DNA of 63,987 nt, counting the filler, from an uncultured bacterium (GTDB lineage Bacteria; CAYJRR01): assembly GCA_964372275.1 (NCBI GenBank). It is 3 parts of 3 records of this genome, joined end to end, with 100 filler letters (N's around TTAATTAATTAA, not from the genome) between each part and the next. Parts side by side here need not be neighbours in the genome. Positions count along the whole stretch, not along the records: positions 55,688 to 63,987 come from CAYJRR010000166.1; 2 more parts are not named here. One strand, written 5' to 3'. A program made the translations under genes and the position numbers. Positions 62,969 through 63,987 of the stretch are shown here, piece by piece (the stretch's first letter is position 1; the number at the start of each line of letters is the position of its first letter). The notes under the pieces are model-generated. The model ran no database searches, was not told the DNA's origin, and saw only the letters and a list, made by a program, of their open reading frames with translations.

Positions 62969-63987
62969 CTAGTACCGCGCGTCTTGGTAGGAGACGCGCT
63001 GCCGCAACCATTGGCGGACGTACGCCACCTCCTGATCCCAGGTGGTGAAGTCGGTGCGCCACCTCCAGCCGGCGTAGGTCCGGTAGGTCTCGCCCCACCG
63101 CCGCTCGTCACGGCGCGCGGAGGGCTCGATTTCCGACGCAATCCGATCGACGTCGGCGAGGACCGTCTCGAGCGCGAACGGGCCGTCGAGCGCTTCACGC
63201 ACGCGCGCGTGCAGACGATCCCGGAGCGCCGGCACGGCGAGGAGGCGCGCGAAGAGACGGTTCTTGTGGGCGAAGGTCTGTGCGTCGTCGGGGCGCTGTC
63301 GCGAGGTGTTCCAGGCCTGGCCGAAGCTGCCGTTGAAGTCCCACGGGACGAAGCGCCATTGGTCGCCCGGGGCGCGCGCGTGGAAGCTGTTCTTTCCCGC
63401 CGAATCGTGGGCGAGGAGGAAGGTCACGAACACCCACCAATCCTCGTAGTCTGCGAGCCGCGTTCGCTCTCCGATCTCCGCCGCGAAGACGGCGTCGTCC
63501 GACGTGGCGACGAACCGGACCAGCTCGTCGATCGACGCGAACGCGCCCGGCTCCCCCTCGGGTGGCACCCCTTCCTTCTTCTGCAGTCCCTGGTGCGGGC
63601 TCGTCTTCGGCTCCCCCTGATAGACGAGGTCGAAGTTCGCCTGATGATGGGTTGCCTTGAACAGCTCGAGACCCTCCGCGAGGCCGGACTGCTCCAGGTG
63701 AAAGCGGTCGACGTGGTCGCTCACGGTGTAAAGGCCCCAGTAGCGACCGTCGAGGTAGACGACCGCGTGGTAGGCGCCGATCGGTAGGTGCAGCGGGTCG
63801 AGGCGGTTCCAGAGCGTGTAGGCGAGACGGTTCCGCAGGTACGAGTTGTCGTCGAAGGTGGTGGTGAGCGCGACCTTCCTCCGACCGACGAATCCGAGAT
63901 CGGGGTCCCCGAACTCGTCCTCCTTTGGGAACTTCAGCGTGTAGCTGTTCTTCGGGTAGTAGAGCGACGAGGCGCCGCGGTACTTGA
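62969..63987 (-). CDS. CotH kinase family protein (5' end outside the window)
   Basis: KYRGASS..YPKNSYTLKF, DNSYLRNRLAY, KNSFH, FVPWDFNGSFG. Confidence 0.88.
   Translation of the reverse strand, partial: KYRGASSLYYPKNSYTLKFPKEDEFGDPDLGFVGRRKVALTTTFDDNSYLRNRLAYTLWNRLDPLHLPIGAYHAVVYLDGRYWGLYTVSDHVDRFHLEQSGLAEGLELFKATHHQANFDLVYQGEPKTSPHQGLQKKEGVPPEGEPGAFASIDELVRFVATSDDAVFAAEIGERTRLADYEDWWVFVTFLLAHDSAGKNSFHARAPGDQWRFVPWDFNGSFGQAWNTSRQRPDDAQTFAHKNRLFARLLAVPALRDRLHARVREALDGPFALETVLADVDRIASEIEPSARRDERRWGETYRTYAGWRWRTDFTTWDQEVAYVRQWLRQRVSYQDARY

Overview
This is very GC-rich bacterial DNA. MYXO-CTERM-like tails and AglZ/FrzS- and MglA-like genes suggest Myxococcota or a related deltaproteobacterium. 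The window is three contigs joined by artificial 100-nt N linkers containing TTAATTAATTAA (28133-28232, 55588-55687), so nothing should be inferred across those joins. Contig 1: TonB receptor, two purple-acid-phosphatase-like genes, plsY, a TerB-like gene, secreted proteins, an orphan ZorA/ZorB-like (MotA/MotB-type) pair with ZorB fused to TPRs, recO, glgP, a YdcF gene, a large propeller lipoprotein and an ABC/DUF58/BatA/VWA operon. Contig 2: a degenerate MglA-like GTPase, an AglZ/FrzS-like pseudo-receiver, ald, two double-propeller lipoproteins, comEC, hisS, manC, GH18, selA, HNH, a MinD/FleN-like ATPase, rluD, pgeF and a MoxR-type AAA+/VWA pair. Contig 3: miaB and a CotH-VTC-porin-Tmk/HEAT-DUF4956-lipoprotein operon. 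Main observations: (1) an A10 slippery run plus hairpin that joins the AAA+ ORF to the VWA ORF by a -1 frameshift; (2) a ~45-nt GC-rich repeat sitting in frame inside several unrelated genes, with a longer structured variant; (3) the effector-less ZorAB-TPR module; (4) the polyphosphate-polymerase/kinase envelope operon. All product calls come from recognising motifs by eye; no database search was run.
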